A DNA stretch of 64,000 nt from Eledone cirrhosa (GCA_964016885.1 OZ024751.1:33232001-33296000); one strand, 5' to 3'; positions 1 through 15,241 are shown, counted from the stretch's first letter. The notes: a model not told the origin generated them from the letters alone. A program made the numbers and translations.

Positions 1-444
1 CCCACACCATACTGTCTTAACAAAAACGAAATGATAGATTTCGGAATATAGTCAAAAGTCACATTTAAACGAAAAGAAGTACATACCCAATATGCAACTT
101 TTTTCTCAATATGGTACGGTTTTATTGGAAGGAATTATGTTATTTCCAGCAGATTATGTAACCGTGTTGTGTTCCAAAGTGCAACATTGGCACTTGACAT
201 AATGCAACATCAGTCTCTGAGAGATTAGAGACGAAGCTATACATGCTTTCCAATATATTTCTTCAAAAATCAAATACATAATCCCGGATTACCATACGCC
301 ATTTGATATAAAAGTAATTGTCTTGGAGGTTACACGATTAAATCGTTGTAAATTCAATAGAAACTACATATCGTCTCTTTTTATTTATAGATAGCTGTCT
401 TCTTTGGACAATACATATATCTCCTGGTTTACAATCGGTAGATA

Positions 445-462
445 TTATATATATACATACAT

Positions 463-533
<71 letters not shown>

Positions 534-567
534 CATACATATATATATTTATATATATATGCATAAG

Positions 568-608
<41 letters not shown>

Positions 609-657
609 TTATAAATATATACATATATATATATATATGCATATGTATATATGTATA

Positions 658-689
<32 letters not shown>

Positions 690-893
690 CACGTGTGTGT
701 GTGTATACAATGATCCATGAGGTGGTGAGTGTAATTATTTAATTAATAGAAATGATCGCTATTGATTACATCTTGTCACTGAAACATTCCTGGAATGAAA
801 CATGTTTTGAATCCATGTAAGCTTTGAATCTTACTTCAAATGCACACACACACACATACACACATATATATATATATATATATATACATACAT

Positions 894-968
<75 letters not shown>

Positions 969-987
969 CACATACATACACACACAA

Positions 988-1023
<36 letters not shown>

Positions 1024-1026
1024 ATG

Positions 1027-1057
<31 letters not shown>

Positions 1058-1257
1058 ATGTGTATATATATATATATATACAGAGAGAGTGAAGAGATTT
1101 AGTAGCTGTATAAGGTGTATGTTTGTATATAAATATATATGTATATACATATATATATACATATATATATACACACATATATATATAGAGATATATAGAT
1201 ATAGATATAGAGATCTATATATAAAGAGAGAGAGAGAGTGAGATAGAGAGAGAGAGA

Positions 1258-1315
<58 letters not shown>
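445..1315. repeat. Compound microsatellite block (TA)n/(CA)n/(TG)n/(GA)n
   Basis: Directly visible dinucleotide tracts with short unique spacers. They explain the [12 protein letters not shown] ORFs. Confidence 0.95.
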
Positions 1316-1318
<3 letters not shown>

Positions 1319-1404
1319 TGACAATTCGTTCCTTTTATTAGTACAGAATTACTAAATCACGTTCTGGAGCCACCGTTTCTGTGTTTTTAACTAAATTAGT
1401 TTAG

Positions 1405-1497
1405 AAGTACATATTATCGAAGTAAGTACATATTATCGAAGAAAGTACATATTATCGAAGAAAGTACATATTATCGAAGTAAGTACATATTATCGAA
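1405..1497. repeat. Minisatellite, 19-bp unit x ~5 (AAGTACATATTATCGAAGW)
   Basis: Units start at 1405, 1424, 1443, 1462 and 1481. Confidence 0.95.
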
Positions 1498-1737
1498 CGT
1501 TTTTCTGAAACATTCTTCTGTCGTATCTCGAAGAATATTTTGTAATCCATGTGTTGAAATGTTTTTCAAAAGCTGTCGTAGATGAGTGTTTGGTTAATTC
1601 CATTTATTTGACACACAGTTCTGATGTTTGTTACGATATAACGTTGCAAACTTTTGATAACAGAAATTATATATACATCTCTATATAACCATATTAATAA
1701 AAGTCTATGATTATTATACACATACAGCCACTCACAT

Positions 1738-1786
<49 letters not shown>

Positions 1787-2438
1787 TATAGATACATGGA
1801 TAGAATGTGAGGGTGACACAGACTCACACAAACATACGCCACATTGACAGAAACGGTGTTGCGACTTCGACGAAGCAGGAACCTATTCCGTGGAATATAA
1901 TAGTCTCTGGAACTTTTAATATTTGTTTATTCCGCTAGAGATATTGTAAAAAATTAAACAGGATCTACAGAATTTCAGAAATGTCAGAAACATTAGGTCT
2001 AATTAAGATCTTAGATAAACAAAAAAATATATTTTGTCTTTCTGCTGTCATTTAGAGAAAAACATCACAGCCTACATCGCGTCAGAATATCAATTTTCAC
2101 CAATACCATTCCATCTCTAATACTTTCTGGCTTTAGAGTAATATGATTCCTGAAACTTTTCTCAAGCAATAAAAACCATTATACCTAATCCATTCCAACA
2201 CAAACATCGCCTTTCCTTTTTATTGCCAAAAAAATTAAAATAATAATTAGAAAATCACACATCACTAAATAATTTATTATCTATTAAAGTTTATTTTCCT
2301 CGGAACGTGAAAGTCCTCCCATTTACAATAAAATGAAACTTAATCTGAGAAAAATTATGAATTTATACAAATATTTTCTTTGATTCAGAGGTTGACATAG
2401 CTCACACTCTCTCTTTCACTGTCCACATATTTTAAATC

Positions 2439-2554
<116 letters not shown>

Positions 2555-3288
2555 CGCTCTCTTACTCTCTCGCTTCCTCTTTCTATCTTTTCTCCATCGT
2601 TTTGTCTCTCCCCTTCACTCTCGTTTTCTCTCCATAGATCTTTCCCAGACCCTTACTTTCTCTCTCTCTATCTATCTATCAATCATTCTCCGCATCTAAA
2701 ATTGTCAATGCTTTTCTCGCCTAGAGTTTTACCATTTGCCTCTTATATGTTGTCCTTATATTCAAACAAACAATAAACACAAATATCAAAAAACTGTGTT
2801 TATGTCGCCAATAACTAGCTACAGTTAAAGGAAAGCCTTGAAGGAATTAACTGACGCTACTAGCAGGAATGTGACACCTCAATAACGAACGACACATTAC
2901 TCTCAATGATGTGACAGTGTAAATAATCTTAATTATCGGAACTTTATACATACATAACATTGGTGGGAATGGAATTCCGTTCAAGTTTGTATATTGGTAA
3001 TACAATAAAGTTTCCAAGAAATAAACCTCTAAGCTATTTAGTAATATATTTTGTTTGTTCGCTATTATTTTATTTTTCTACGATTCCACCTTCATAGAAA
3101 TTCTCTATAAAGGTTGGCCACAGAAAATGTTGAATATTTCTAATCAAATATTATGAATATTTAATAAAATACGATCAATAATTAATCAATTCATAACTCG
3201 AAATGAGAAATCCAAAACATAACAGAAAAATATCAATCAATCAATGTATGTATGTATGTATATATATATATATATATATAAATATATA

Positions 3289-3353
<65 letters not shown>

Positions 3354-3410
3354 ATATATATACATATATATATATACATATTGTTATGCATATATATATA
3401 TATATATATA

Positions 3411-3456
<46 letters not shown>

Positions 3457-3490
3457 TATATATATACATATATGTATATATATATATATA

Positions 3491-3780
3491 CCATGGTATA
3501 TTTATATAGGAGACTCCAAACGTGAAGGTTGCATTTTTTCAGGGTATGTCAATATTTATTTATAAAACTAATCTATATTATATTTTATCCGATGAAAGCG
3601 CACCATAATCTGCCTTGGTGGCCCTTGAAATATGTATAATGAAATAAATATGGTTTTATAAATATAGTTTCCATTTGTTAATATATTGTATATTTACTCT
3701 AATAATTTGTTGAGTGCTTTATATCAGTTATAAAAATATTTTGCTTGTTGTAACCCAACAAATTAAATATAACCTCTATA
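3491..3780 (+). mobile_element. Penelope-like pseudo-LTR remnant with degenerate hammerhead motif, between (TA)n tracts
   Basis: CCGATGA (3589-3595), stem-loop aagcgcacca/tggtggccctt, GAAA (3627-3630), AATAAA (3643-3648). A 12-bp inverted repeat (3557-3568/3653-3664) flanks it, and it ends in CCTCTATA running into a TA tract. Confidence 0.5.
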
Positions 3781-3867
3781 AATATATATATGTACATATA
3801 TATATATATATATATGTACATATATATTTTATATATATATACGATGATATATTTATATGTGTGTGTT

Positions 3868-3902
<35 letters not shown>

Positions 3903-4066
3903 GCAGAAAGAGAGAGAGAGAGAGAGAGGGGGGAGAGAAAGAGAGAGAGAGAGATGAAGTGATCGATAAAATAAGTACCAGAATTGAGAACAATCAGCAC
4001 GACGGTCGCTTCGATCGGCTTAATCAATGTGGTGTACCAACACGGTCACATTCAAATGATATATAT

Positions 4067-4112
<46 letters not shown>

Positions 4113-4802
4113 GAACAGACGCAAAAACATATTCGCGTGCACACACGCACACACACACACACACACATACACACACACATACATACAAACACATACACAC
4201 ACATACACGCACATACACACACACATACACACACATACCCACACACACATACACACACATATATATATATATGTTTCAAAATTATTTTATTACGTCGAAT
4301 AAGTTGGGCTTACACGCTTCTAGAAATGGAAGATGTAAGTCTTGAAATCACACATGCCGTAAGCCGGACAGATTTGCTTCAGTTACAACAAAGGGAGACT
4401 ATCACGTTATTTTTAAACCTTACGTATTGGCTGGTAGATGTAACGTGACAATCAACCGTAATCACATAACATTGAAAAATTTACGAATGTTTAATATACG
4501 TTTATATATATACGTTACACTGAAGCTACCTCGAGAACTACATTAAGGGTACACGTGTCTGTGTAACACTCAGATACATACAAATTGATATTCCGAGCAG
4601 GCTGTTGATCTGTTTGAACAACTGACACATTGAACATGAAAACCGACGGAGACCCACTTGTGCTTTAAGTGATTTTACAAAATGAAATTTTCAAACACTA
4701 ATTGGGTTTTTGTTCGATACTACAACATGAAAAAGAATTCGTCATTGAAAAACGTGTAGAGAATAATGGTTAAAATTATATTTTACAAAGAACACCTATA
4801 AT

Positions 4803-4927
<125 letters not shown>

Positions 4928-5420
4928 AAAGAAACAGAAGGCCGGACTCGAATGCGTATATATATATATATATATACAGATAGATAGTTAGATATATACA
5001 TATATATATGTAAGATACAAGCCCCACAAGCCCCTCACATGTAACACAACCATACAAGCCCCACACAAGCTCACTCACATTAATTTTATATGTGATATGT
5101 TATAAAAGATATTCTATAATGCCTCATGGAATTAAAACTGATCAAATATAAGAGCAGAAGATTTTATGATGACAACAATAAGCAGCAAATTGCAATTAGA
5201 GGGAAATCAATTTTGTGCTCCCTTCTTAAGTAAGGGCATAATCAGGCATTGCCAATCCATTAGGTGTTCCATTCTATTATTCGTAAAACGGGTTGCTGCT
5301 TAGATAATTAATCCTAATAAGGATTTGCTTGTCCATCAGTCCATTAGAAATATTGATTTTACCCCCTCTAGATTGTTTGATTAATAAACAAAATTGGAAT
5401 AAGTACACACACACATTCAG

Positions 5421-5479
<59 letters not shown>

Positions 5480-5879
5480 CATATATGTATATATAAATAC
5501 ATATATGTATGAGTGTACGAATGTATATGTGTGTCTCTGTGTGTGTTTATGTGTGACATTGTGTGTGACATTGTGTGTGCGTTTTTCGTAGTGGTTGTGT
5601 GTAGGGGACTGACTCTGTTCCAACGTGTGTGCACGTGTCTGTGTTTGTGTGGTGTTACCACTCGTTCGAGCGGACGTTTATATTGACAAGAAACCTGGAC
5701 CAATAATCATACGACTCTAACCAAATTAGAAACGAACATTTAAACTGGTTTTCAATGCCGTAAATCATTATCAGTAAATGAAAACATTGTTACAAATATT
5801 AATGTTTTGTCCATGTAGAGTTATCGTTATTGCTTTCATTATGACTGGTTCCAGCTGGATAGGGGTTTAGAATAGTCAA

Positions 5880-6030
5880 AGTAGCGACCACAAATTCATG
5901 CAATAGTCCATGACAGGTGTTCAAATCTCACTGAAGTCAACTTTACATTTTATCCTTCCATGGTTCAAGAAATAAAGAACCATAGAGAATTGCTGACCTT
6001 GTGCCTAAATTAGAAACCATAATTATCACT
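5880..6030 (+). mobile_element. Older, degenerate tRNA-derived SINE copy
   Basis: GTTCAAATC B-box, then diverged aactttacattttatccttcc and ttgctgaccttgtgcctaaattagaaac matching the younger copy next to it. Confidence 0.75.
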
Positions 6031-6048
6031 ATTATTATTAACAGAAAT

Positions 6049-6240
6049 GTTAAAGGCGGTGGATTGGCAGTATCGGTAGAGGGTCGGATGCAATGCTTTG
6101 AAGCATAGAGTTACCTCCCTGTATGATCTGAGTTCAAATCCCGCCGAGGTTAACTTTGCCTTTCATCCTTCCGGGGTCGATAGAATAAAGTACCAGTAAT
6201 GCATTGGGTAATTGCTGGCCTTGTGCCAAAAGTAGAAACA
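6049..6240 (+). mobile_element. tRNA-derived SINE, full length (short subfamily), 18-bp TSD
   Basis: A-box TGGCAGTATCGG, B-box GAGTTCAAATCC, and conserved body tttgcctttcatccttccggggtcgata. TSD attattattaacagaaat at 6031-6048 and 6241-6258. Confidence 0.92.
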
Positions 6241-6646
6241 ATTATTATTAACAGAAATATATTGGAATATTTGTTATTAATGTTGAATTCAACGACCTTT
6301 CTGATTATTCTTACTGTGGGCAGACTTTGGGATCAGTGATCATTTTTGTTCTTACTCCTATGTCGTCTACGAATTATTATATGGAGTTAGTTTTAGTCGA
6401 TATTGGAGTAAGGTCGAATATATTCTTTTTAACTGTTGCGCTGTGGAATCGAACATGCGACCATGCAATTGAGAGGCGAACTTCTTATCTTAAACACACA
6501 ACGATGACTGCATTGCTTATGTTTTAGAAGATGAATGGACAGTCATAAATCACGCTTTTGTCTTGTTGACACACGTTTATCGAGAGCTGAAGTCCCTAAA
6601 ACTTGAACAATATATATATATTGTGTGTGTGTGTGTGTGTGTGTAT

Positions 6647-6716
<70 letters not shown>

Positions 6717-6769
6717 ATCTGTGTGTGCGTGTGTGTATACATATATAGACATACATAAACATGTATGTG

Positions 6770-6821
<52 letters not shown>

Positions 6822-6847
6822 TATGTCTATATATATATACACACATA

Positions 6848-6879
<32 letters not shown>

Positions 6880-9800
6880 CACATGTGTGTGTGTGTGTGT
6901 ATGTATATAACAGCCCATAAACGGATTATATAAAACAGCAATCAGGGAGAAATAAAGGGAAGAGGAAGACTTCAACGCCTATCTGATGCCAACAGGAGTT
7001 AAAACAAACAATAGTTATCTGTACAATACTTATGCCACCCGGCGTATGAAACAATTCACCTGGGTATAACACATAATTATGTAACAATATAATGTAAAAT
7101 CCTATTAGGAAAATATAAATCGTTCTAGTTTATTCTAATTCGATTATGTTACGTATTAAATTCGATAATCTAAACCATCCGAATAATATATTTAGAAGGA
7201 TTCTTTTAAATACATTATTTCTATTCGTGTAAGTTAAGCTAAAATGATGTTTTAAAACAAATGCTGATAACATTTTCATTCTGAAACAATAAAGTTAATA
7301 TCTTAGGAAACATTTCTTAAACTGAATTACATTCTGTTGGTTTGGTGGTATTATCTTCTGCTGAAAACATTTAATTCCTAACATTATCAAAGTCTTTTAA
7401 ATGGAAATTAAAAATCGATGATTTTCAAGATTGTTTGAGCAAAAGTTATCAATATTCCCCCATGGAAAAACTGAAAACGGAAACCTCAGTTTCAATTCCT
7501 GGCGCAACCAGTTTTATTTTACATAAACAACAAAATAGGCAACAACTATTTGGTTGTTTCACCTGTTTGAAATAACCATATTTCATTTCCTTCAAAACCA
7601 AACCCAGTCAAAAAGACTGAGAGAATATATCATATACTTCTTTTTCTTTGCCCACCTTTTCTAGGAGGGTTGTGGGGGAGCAGAGAACGTCTTGCAGTGG
7701 GTCCTGTCAGAAGCAACTGTTTCTAATTGGATAATATACTTCTATATAAATCAAGTGGAAGGTTTATGTAACAGCTTGGGTCATAGATAGGATCGGTCAG
7801 GGTATACCGAGGGCTAAATAAAAACATGAAACATTACCGACTCCAGAAAATATTTAAAATATTAGGCAAGTGTCTTTTACCATATTACCGGATCAAAATA
7901 TTAATGTTCTCATCAAGATTTCAACGTTCGTAACTTTTTGTGACCCGAAGGCTCCATTATCTTAAGAATGTTAGTGTATAAACGAAGATTAGCAGAAATC
8001 CTATTTGGACTCACTAATATCATGTTATTGAAACAAGCAATATTTTATCCTTCCAGGGGCAACAATTCTTTAGGTCTCTCTGGAAGACGTACACTGATGT
8101 GTAGGTGAAACCCACAATTTGTTTCTGAAAATAATATAATAGAATTAACCATGTTAAGTCCAAAACAATTTGTTCACATAAAGGGCACTCGATCTAACCG
8201 GAATTTACAAAAAGCTAGAAATTAATTTAAATAAATCCAAATACAATTTGCTCGTAGGTCTCTGTTCAAGACAATGTCATGCTACTGAAGCAATTTTTGA
8301 TAACAATGGCAGCCATATGAATTCGTATGTTGCAGAGATAAAGGCTGGCATTTATAAAAATATAATTACTATGGACAAAAAAAATTGTAATGAGACAATG
8401 AACAAATGATTTAAATGAACAATTCATGAACGATGATGAATCCCACTTAAATAGGAAATCGAGAATAAAATGAAAAGGAGCGAATAGAAAATGAAACCTG
8501 AGGTGTAGAAACTATTTGTAAAAAATGGAGGGAAAAAAAGAAAAGGTTTTCTTTATAATAGCAAGAGAAGCAGATTCAATGCATTATAAAATAAGGCTAT
8601 AGTTCCCTAGAAATATATCCCTAACTGTGAAATAATGAATAGACAATTACTCAGTATTTTCACTCTCCAACGAAGAAGATACAAATATATAAGTCAACTT
8701 AGTTTTTTTTTTAGTATACACAGGAAACTAACGAACGTAGATGACATTGCTATAAAGGAATATGGTGCAATGTGAGGTATTTTTTCTATATATATATTAT
8801 TAATACATAACCATTGTAACTATTTTCTCTCCTTTTCAATATCTGCGTTTGAACACGCCAGACCAACTGGAGTAGATATACTTCGCTGTGGAGATATGAT
8901 CAAATAATTACATTTTATATGAATGTATATGAATGTATATGTGGGATATCTGTGGATAAAATGTCTAGGAAAACAATTCTCAATGTGTTGCAAGGGAGCA
9001 TATTTTTCCTTCTTTCGTATTTTTGCCGAAGTGTCAGGTGAGGGGCAAGTTTGGAAGAGGGCCACCCCACTCTACAGTGGTGGCCATAACTAGATCTCAA
9101 AACCAATGGTCTCACATTATATATATATATATATATATTCTTGCTTTAAAATGGTGTTGACTAGTTTAAATATATTATAACGTGTAAGCTGGAAGTCACA
9201 AGATTAAATCAACGCAGCCTACAATGGAAATAATTGTGAAATTGCATGTGGAAATTCTTTCTTTATTTATGTTACTTGAATGTTTGATAGAGCAATAAGA
9301 ATGTAATTATGATCCTAATATAAAGCTGATATTTCAACAAGAGAAATGGTACTGTACAAATATATACTTCATCATTTATGTCATGTGGAAATAGAAATTG
9401 TCTCGTTGGTTTTGAAGTTAAACATGAACTGTGTGATGAATTATTCAATCAGAAAAGAAAAGAAAAAATAATTTATGTTAGCGGTGTAACGTCTCTTTAA
9501 TAGTATTTGGTTAGTTTCAATCTACATTATGTCACGTGTCTGCTACCTGTCTAGATAGAAACACCTAACAGTTTTCTGTGCTCAATTCCTTCGTTGTATA
9601 TTCTGTTATTTTGATTTTATCGAGTGATATTTGGCATGCCATTGTCTAGAACCTCCCCTTAAAATAAATTTAAAGTAAAACTTGAACTAAGTTACTCGAC
9701 ACACTATCAACAAACAAACGACATTCATGTACTTCTCTTATCAGAGTCTCGTGTGAATTCCAGTGAAGGCACGTGACTTACTGTTCGTAATCGTAAGATT

Positions 9801-10145
9801 ACGAATTCGCTTCCCGGACTGGGCGATACATTGCCTCGTTGAGCGAGACACTTTATGTTTAAGCTTTAAATTACTCCAGTTCACTCAGTTGGAAATCATA
9901 TGTTGCGACGGCACGGATATCAAACAGTATCGGACTTTGCCTTTCTCCTTTCCCTAAGATGATATCACTGCCGCGGAGACGAAGGATTGCTTATACATGG
10001 CTAACTACTGGTTTTCCACAATACTCACATTACAAGACTAGAACTGCTTCATTCGTTAAAAATATCATGAATAACGTATTGTCTACTTTTTCTAGTTGCA
10101 GAACACCTCTCTATATAGATTGGGAATCCAGCTTTATATATATAC

Positions 10146-10310
10146 ATGAAAATATTCAGGACCCCGACGGCTGAGCTCCGGCCGTTTCGACAACTAGATC
10201 CGGGAGCTCAGCCGTCGGGCTCCTGAATCTTTTCATATTACCCACTCTACTACCACAAGTATCGAGTACTGTCGTGGGTATTTTACCACACTCTATCTGA
10301 TCTCTCTCTT
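10146..10310. mobile_element. GC-rich fold-back insert containing the 3' half of a hammerhead ribozyme (minus strand)
   Basis: Inverted repeat 10146-10236. The minus strand reads GAA-ACGGC-cggagctca-GCCGT-C (5-bp stem III, GUC triplet). TA tracts lie on both sides. Confidence 0.6.
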
Positions 10311-11285
10311 TATATATATATAAGAATAACACTAAGAAAGATATTGTGCTCACATTTATAGATATATATGTGTGTGTGTGTGTGTGTTTGTATGAAATTA
10401 GTTTGCTTGTAATAGATAACTGAGTGAAAATTTGTTAAATGTAAATTACGATGGAAATTTCCTTCACAGAAAACTAGATATGTTTTATTATGAAATTTAT
10501 TAATGTAGAGCTTCTATGGAAGCCATATATATATATTTGGATGTAAATATCGTGTGTAACATATTGTCATATGAGGAGAATATTGAATCTGCTGTCAAAT
10601 AAACGTAACACTGTATAATTATTAAATAAAGTTCTATTGATAATTGACATTAATGTTTGGAGAGCTCACGTTACATTAGTCTAATATCACTCAAGTGTGT
10701 GATATGCAGTTTGGGTAACTATTATCAAAATCAATGTTTATACATGTAACTGATAGGAACATTATATAATCAGGTTTTATGAGGGTACGATAAATATTAA
10801 AGCAACACTTCGATTAGTAAAATGAAAACAATGTCAATATAATATTACAGTAACTTCAATAATTTTCCAGGTTATTAATCTCATTTATATATCCAGAGTA
10901 TGGCCATAGCTGACCAACGGCCAGAGTAGCAGCAACGAGGGCAATCGTTGCCATTTAAAGATAAAAGATGTACATATCTTGTTTCCTTTCTCGTTTTGGA
11001 CTAATGTTTCGAAAGGAAAAGTAATGTAGAAATTCATTAAATTTGTAAAATTAATTCAGCAATAAAGTTAGTTATACGTCAGAATTTCCGTCTTGTTGAA
11101 ACCAAATTTTAAGTGCCTCAGTCAGGTCTTTAGAGAACCAAACAAACAATGTTTTAAATTAAAGTTTTGCTGTTTCGCTAGTTTACTTTGCCCAGTTTTC
11201 TCTAAGTAATTATCTATCAATATAAACAAGAAAGAAAATCTAGTAATGTATTATCAATTGTTGTGTTAAGTTTATATTATCTAGA

Positions 11286-11453
11286 CCGGTAGAGGGTCGA
11301 ACGCCATGCTTTACAGCATAGAGTTACGGCTCTTGCCATTCTGAGTTCAAATCCCTCCGAGGTTAACTTTGCCTTTCATCCTTACGGGGTTGATAAAATA
11401 AAGTACCAATAATGCAGTGGGTAATTGCTGGCCTTGTGCCAAAAGTAGAAACA
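11286..11453 (+). mobile_element. tRNA-derived SINE, slightly 5'-truncated, 10-bp TSD
   Basis: Same body as 6049-6240. TSD attatctaga at 11276-11285 and 11454-11463. Confidence 0.9.
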
Positions 11454-11589
11454 ATTATCTAGAGAAAAGACTATTTGCAGAGGACTGAAGATTCCTGAGA
11501 ACGGAAAAACACTATATATAGCGTTATACATATTACTGTTCATAATACTATACATTGTGAAGGAGAGCATGGTCAATTAAATCAAGCTA

Positions 11590-11718
11590 ACTACTTGCCA
11601 GGCAGTTATTTTATCGAGACCTCAGGAAGATTTGAACCCAACCGTAAAAAGGGCGTAAACTAAATAGCGCAAGCAATTAAACTCGTTGCTCTACCTTACC
11701 AACTACTTACCACCGCCT
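11590..11718 (-). mobile_element. Degenerate SINE fragment
   Basis: ttattttatcga...gatttgaac...caccgcc is the reverse complement of the SINE body and 5' end. Confidence 0.55.
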
Positions 11719-12464
11719 TGGCTTATCAAATTATACGAATCATGATCCTCCCTACGGCTTTTTTTAGTATTCTAATCACTCAGCCATCAGCGTCCTCTAT
11801 GGGGATGCTTGTGAAAAAAAAAAGTATTTACTATTGAAAGAACTTTGTTGTTTAACACAGTAACATAAAGATAAGCTTCCTTCCGGCTTTCCTGTGACCT
11901 CCACCACTGATTATTACCCACACATCATCTCTAAAATATTTAGGCTTCATTCCAATATAAGAAGCAATTATTAAAATGATTTTGCAAGCCATTTTTCTTT
12001 AATTTTGCAATATCAGGAATTCCTTAAGCGTTTTTTTCTTCTTTAAAACCACAATTGGAGGACTTAATATGCTGCCGGATTCTAGAAGATTCTACTTTCT
12101 ATCATGAACAATTGAAATAAATCAAGTATAAAATAACCATTTTGTTTATGTCTATTCTACGCCATATTTTATTCATTCCACAGTTTGTGCCTCTTGGCAA
12201 TTCTCCCAATAACATTTTTAATTACAATATGCTTTTTGCTTTGAAGTTTTACGACATTAAAATTGTATTGTAGCATATTATTTCTGTTATTGTAGATTAC
12301 TCTAGTTCGTCTTGGGATATCTCTCAGGAGTTCTGTTTGCGGCGAACTCTCTGAGATTTTTCCGGTTTGTCAATGGTTTTAATTTCGGTTGCGAGATCAT
12401 CTAAAAAGAAATTCACATTTTCTGTCTTTGAGCTACGTCTAAGAATGCAATCAGCTGAATACAG

Positions 12465-12640
12465 CTACTACTACTACTACTTCTACTACTACTACTACTA
12501 CTACCACTACTACTACTACTTCTACTACTACTACTACTACTACTACAACTACTACCACTACTACTACTACTGCTGCTGATGATGATGCTGATGATGATGC
12601 TACTACTAGTAATAATGATAATAACAAGAGCAATAATAAT
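12465..12640. repeat. (CTA)n followed by (GAT)/(AAT) trinucleotide tracts
   Basis: Visible. Explains the poly-Y and poly-V ORFs. Confidence 0.95.
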
Positions 12641-13004
12641 AGGAATTTGAAGATGGGGATGGCGATGATGATGAAAATAATAAAAAATATAACAACAATA
12701 ATAATAATTCCTTTTTTTTTTCTTTTGTTGTTGTTGTTGTTGTTGCAGTAATATAATTTTCGCTAATTACTTCCTGCATTATTTTATATCCTAAGGATTT
12801 TCACTAACATAAATCTTAGGGATATTATATTATATAATCAACGTTAATGTTAGAAACTAATAATACATGTACTTATTGAGTGCTACGTTGAGTTTTCACT
12901 TTGGGTTTTTTTATTATCAGAAAAGGACTGCAGATCTCCAAATTTTTATTACACTGGTTGGATAATTAAACTGATATTGCACTTTCTTTTTCACAGAACA
13001 CAGA

Positions 13005-13210
13005 GGCCAGGGAACCCCATGTGCTTGCTTGACCAGCTAAAGATAGCAGTCAAAGCTCCATCGAATCATATATCTAGTCTTCACCAAAAGGTAAGTACAC
13101 ATTCGATAATATTGTCCTGGATCTAGTGAGAAAGTGGTGAGAGTGGTTATATGAAGAATGCCTTTGGCAAAAGATCTGCTCTATCACGGACGATCTGCGA
13201 CTAAACAACA

Positions 13211-13211
<1 letters not shown>
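13005..13211 (-). mobile_element. Second dispersed repeat family (~200 bp; gttgtttag... to ...gagatttggctgctatttctagc), diverged copy
   Basis: The reverse complement aligns by eye with 21839-22050 and 45835-46045. Further copies lie at about 7545-7826(-), 14730-14930(+), 16860-17075(+), 38350-38535(-), 38540-38770(+), 40900-41080(+), 43085-43200(-), 44380-44435(+), 53545-53915(+, split by a SINE) and 55700-55872(-). Boundaries are approximate. Confidence 0.7.
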
Positions 13212-13273
<62 letters not shown>

Positions 13274-15241
13274 GCATACACACACACACACACATTATAT
13301 ATATATATATATATATATACACAGATGATTTGAGGGAAAAACACATTTACGTTAATACGCCATGAGAAATGAGCAATCTTTAAAATAAGATTGAAATCTC
13401 GTTTTGCCTCAGGATTTTCCGGGGAGAGAGGCCGTTTGATTAAACAATAATGTCAGTTTTGTTTTGTATATGATAGTCAGTAAAAAAAAAGGGTCTCTTC
13501 ATCCCTACCTAGAGGGATTTGTCAGCATGAGCACGATGTGAAGTAACTTTAATCACAGATTACCACCATGCTACAGCCACACAACCCTGGCTATCAATAA
13601 AGTTGGCCTCAACACAAACTTTCTATATTTTATTAAAAATATATTCCTTTGGTAGAGACATGGTTTTGTTTCTAAAATGTTGACTGTGCGAATTGATACG
13701 TTAGATGGAAATTGTGCAGGAGCCTCTCCTATATATATACAATATATATATACATATCCGTTTGTGTATATACTTCAACGTTATGTTGTACTGCAGAGTT
13801 CCTCTACTCAGTTTCAACACACGGTCTCTAGTAGGAATTGAAGTATGAAAAAAAAAAAGGTAAAATATTTTCTCTGGATCGACTAATCTTCCTACCTCAA
13901 TTCTAATAATGTAACAGTTTGTTTGTTGTTGATAAATAATGATAATAACGATTATTAACAAAACAAGCAGATTTTTATTTTTATTATATATATTTCTTTA
14001 CGAAGGAACCAAAATATAATAAACATATCTTTGACTACGAACCGAGTAAGATAAACCTATGTCTTATCTTCATTCATTCTTCATGCACTGAAGGGTTTAT
14101 CACTGTATATAAAGATAACGTAAGTGAAAAGTAAAAAAGTAAGTGTTGCATTGGGAGACAATCTCCGTTTACAGTCGATAAAGGATTCCGTTTAAGACTA
14201 TCTAGTGTCGGCTTGTTAACAACTATTAACTAAATGGTACACTTTTATTTAGATATATATACTTTCATCCTACGCAGCACAGCTGTAGATATTTGAAAAT
14301 GTTGTATATAATAACCTAGCAGCAGCCTGAATCTGATCCCTGTTTCAATCTTCATCGTTATCTCCTTAGCTGTATAAACCATGTAACGACTTCGCTGGAA
14401 GTTAGCAATTTCACATTATCACATTATTCCTAATGATAAAAGAAAAAAATAATATACTCGTCTAAAGACTTCAGTTAAAAATGTTAATACTCTGAAGAAG
14501 ATTAAGTATTAATGTTGTGGATTTGTATGACCGACCACTCAGGGCATCTTTCGGTCTAACTAGACCTCATCGGCAAAATATAAGTTTCTCTGTTCATATC
14601 ATTAAGTATCATTAAGCAGATGTTTAATAATGTAGGCTTGACTGTTAGTCTATTTAGTCTGATAAATAACTGAGACTAACTAACTAGAATGTTCTAACTA
14701 ATAAGAGATTTCTTATTGTTACTGCTTTTTGTTGGACCCAAGTTAGTTCTTGAAGTTGATTAGGGATGACATCATTACAGCTTTAACCATCCGTTCGTAT
14801 TCAGACACTCTGTATTTACACTACAATTTATAATATTTTCTGAATTTTTAAATAATATAATGTGAGATTTTAGAAAAATCTATTGCTATTTCTCGATATT
14901 CAAATGATCACCTGAAGTTTCCATCGTTACCTTGTAAAAAACATCTTTCTCTACCAAGAGAGACAGTGTAGAGATTGACAAAAGATTTATTCTGGATTAG
15001 ATCAATTCATCAGATACAAAAGTTAACCTACGAAGGACAATAAATCTCTGTGGATATCTACCCCCCTCCCTTGACATAACATTGAGGAGATTACATGAAC
15101 GGAAAGGAAGTATATATATTTAACTTTTATATTATGTACATGCAGCTATGCAAATATACAGATATGCATAATATACTAATATACTAATCACATGCACAGG
15201 TGTTTATTAAATTCATATTTGCATCACTGTTGCATATTTTA

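Noticed and set aside
775-812. CTGAAAC-attc-ctg-gaat-GAAAC-AT-GTT hammerhead-like string
   Set aside because: Two core mismatches, a poor stem I and no AATAAA. Too degenerate to call.
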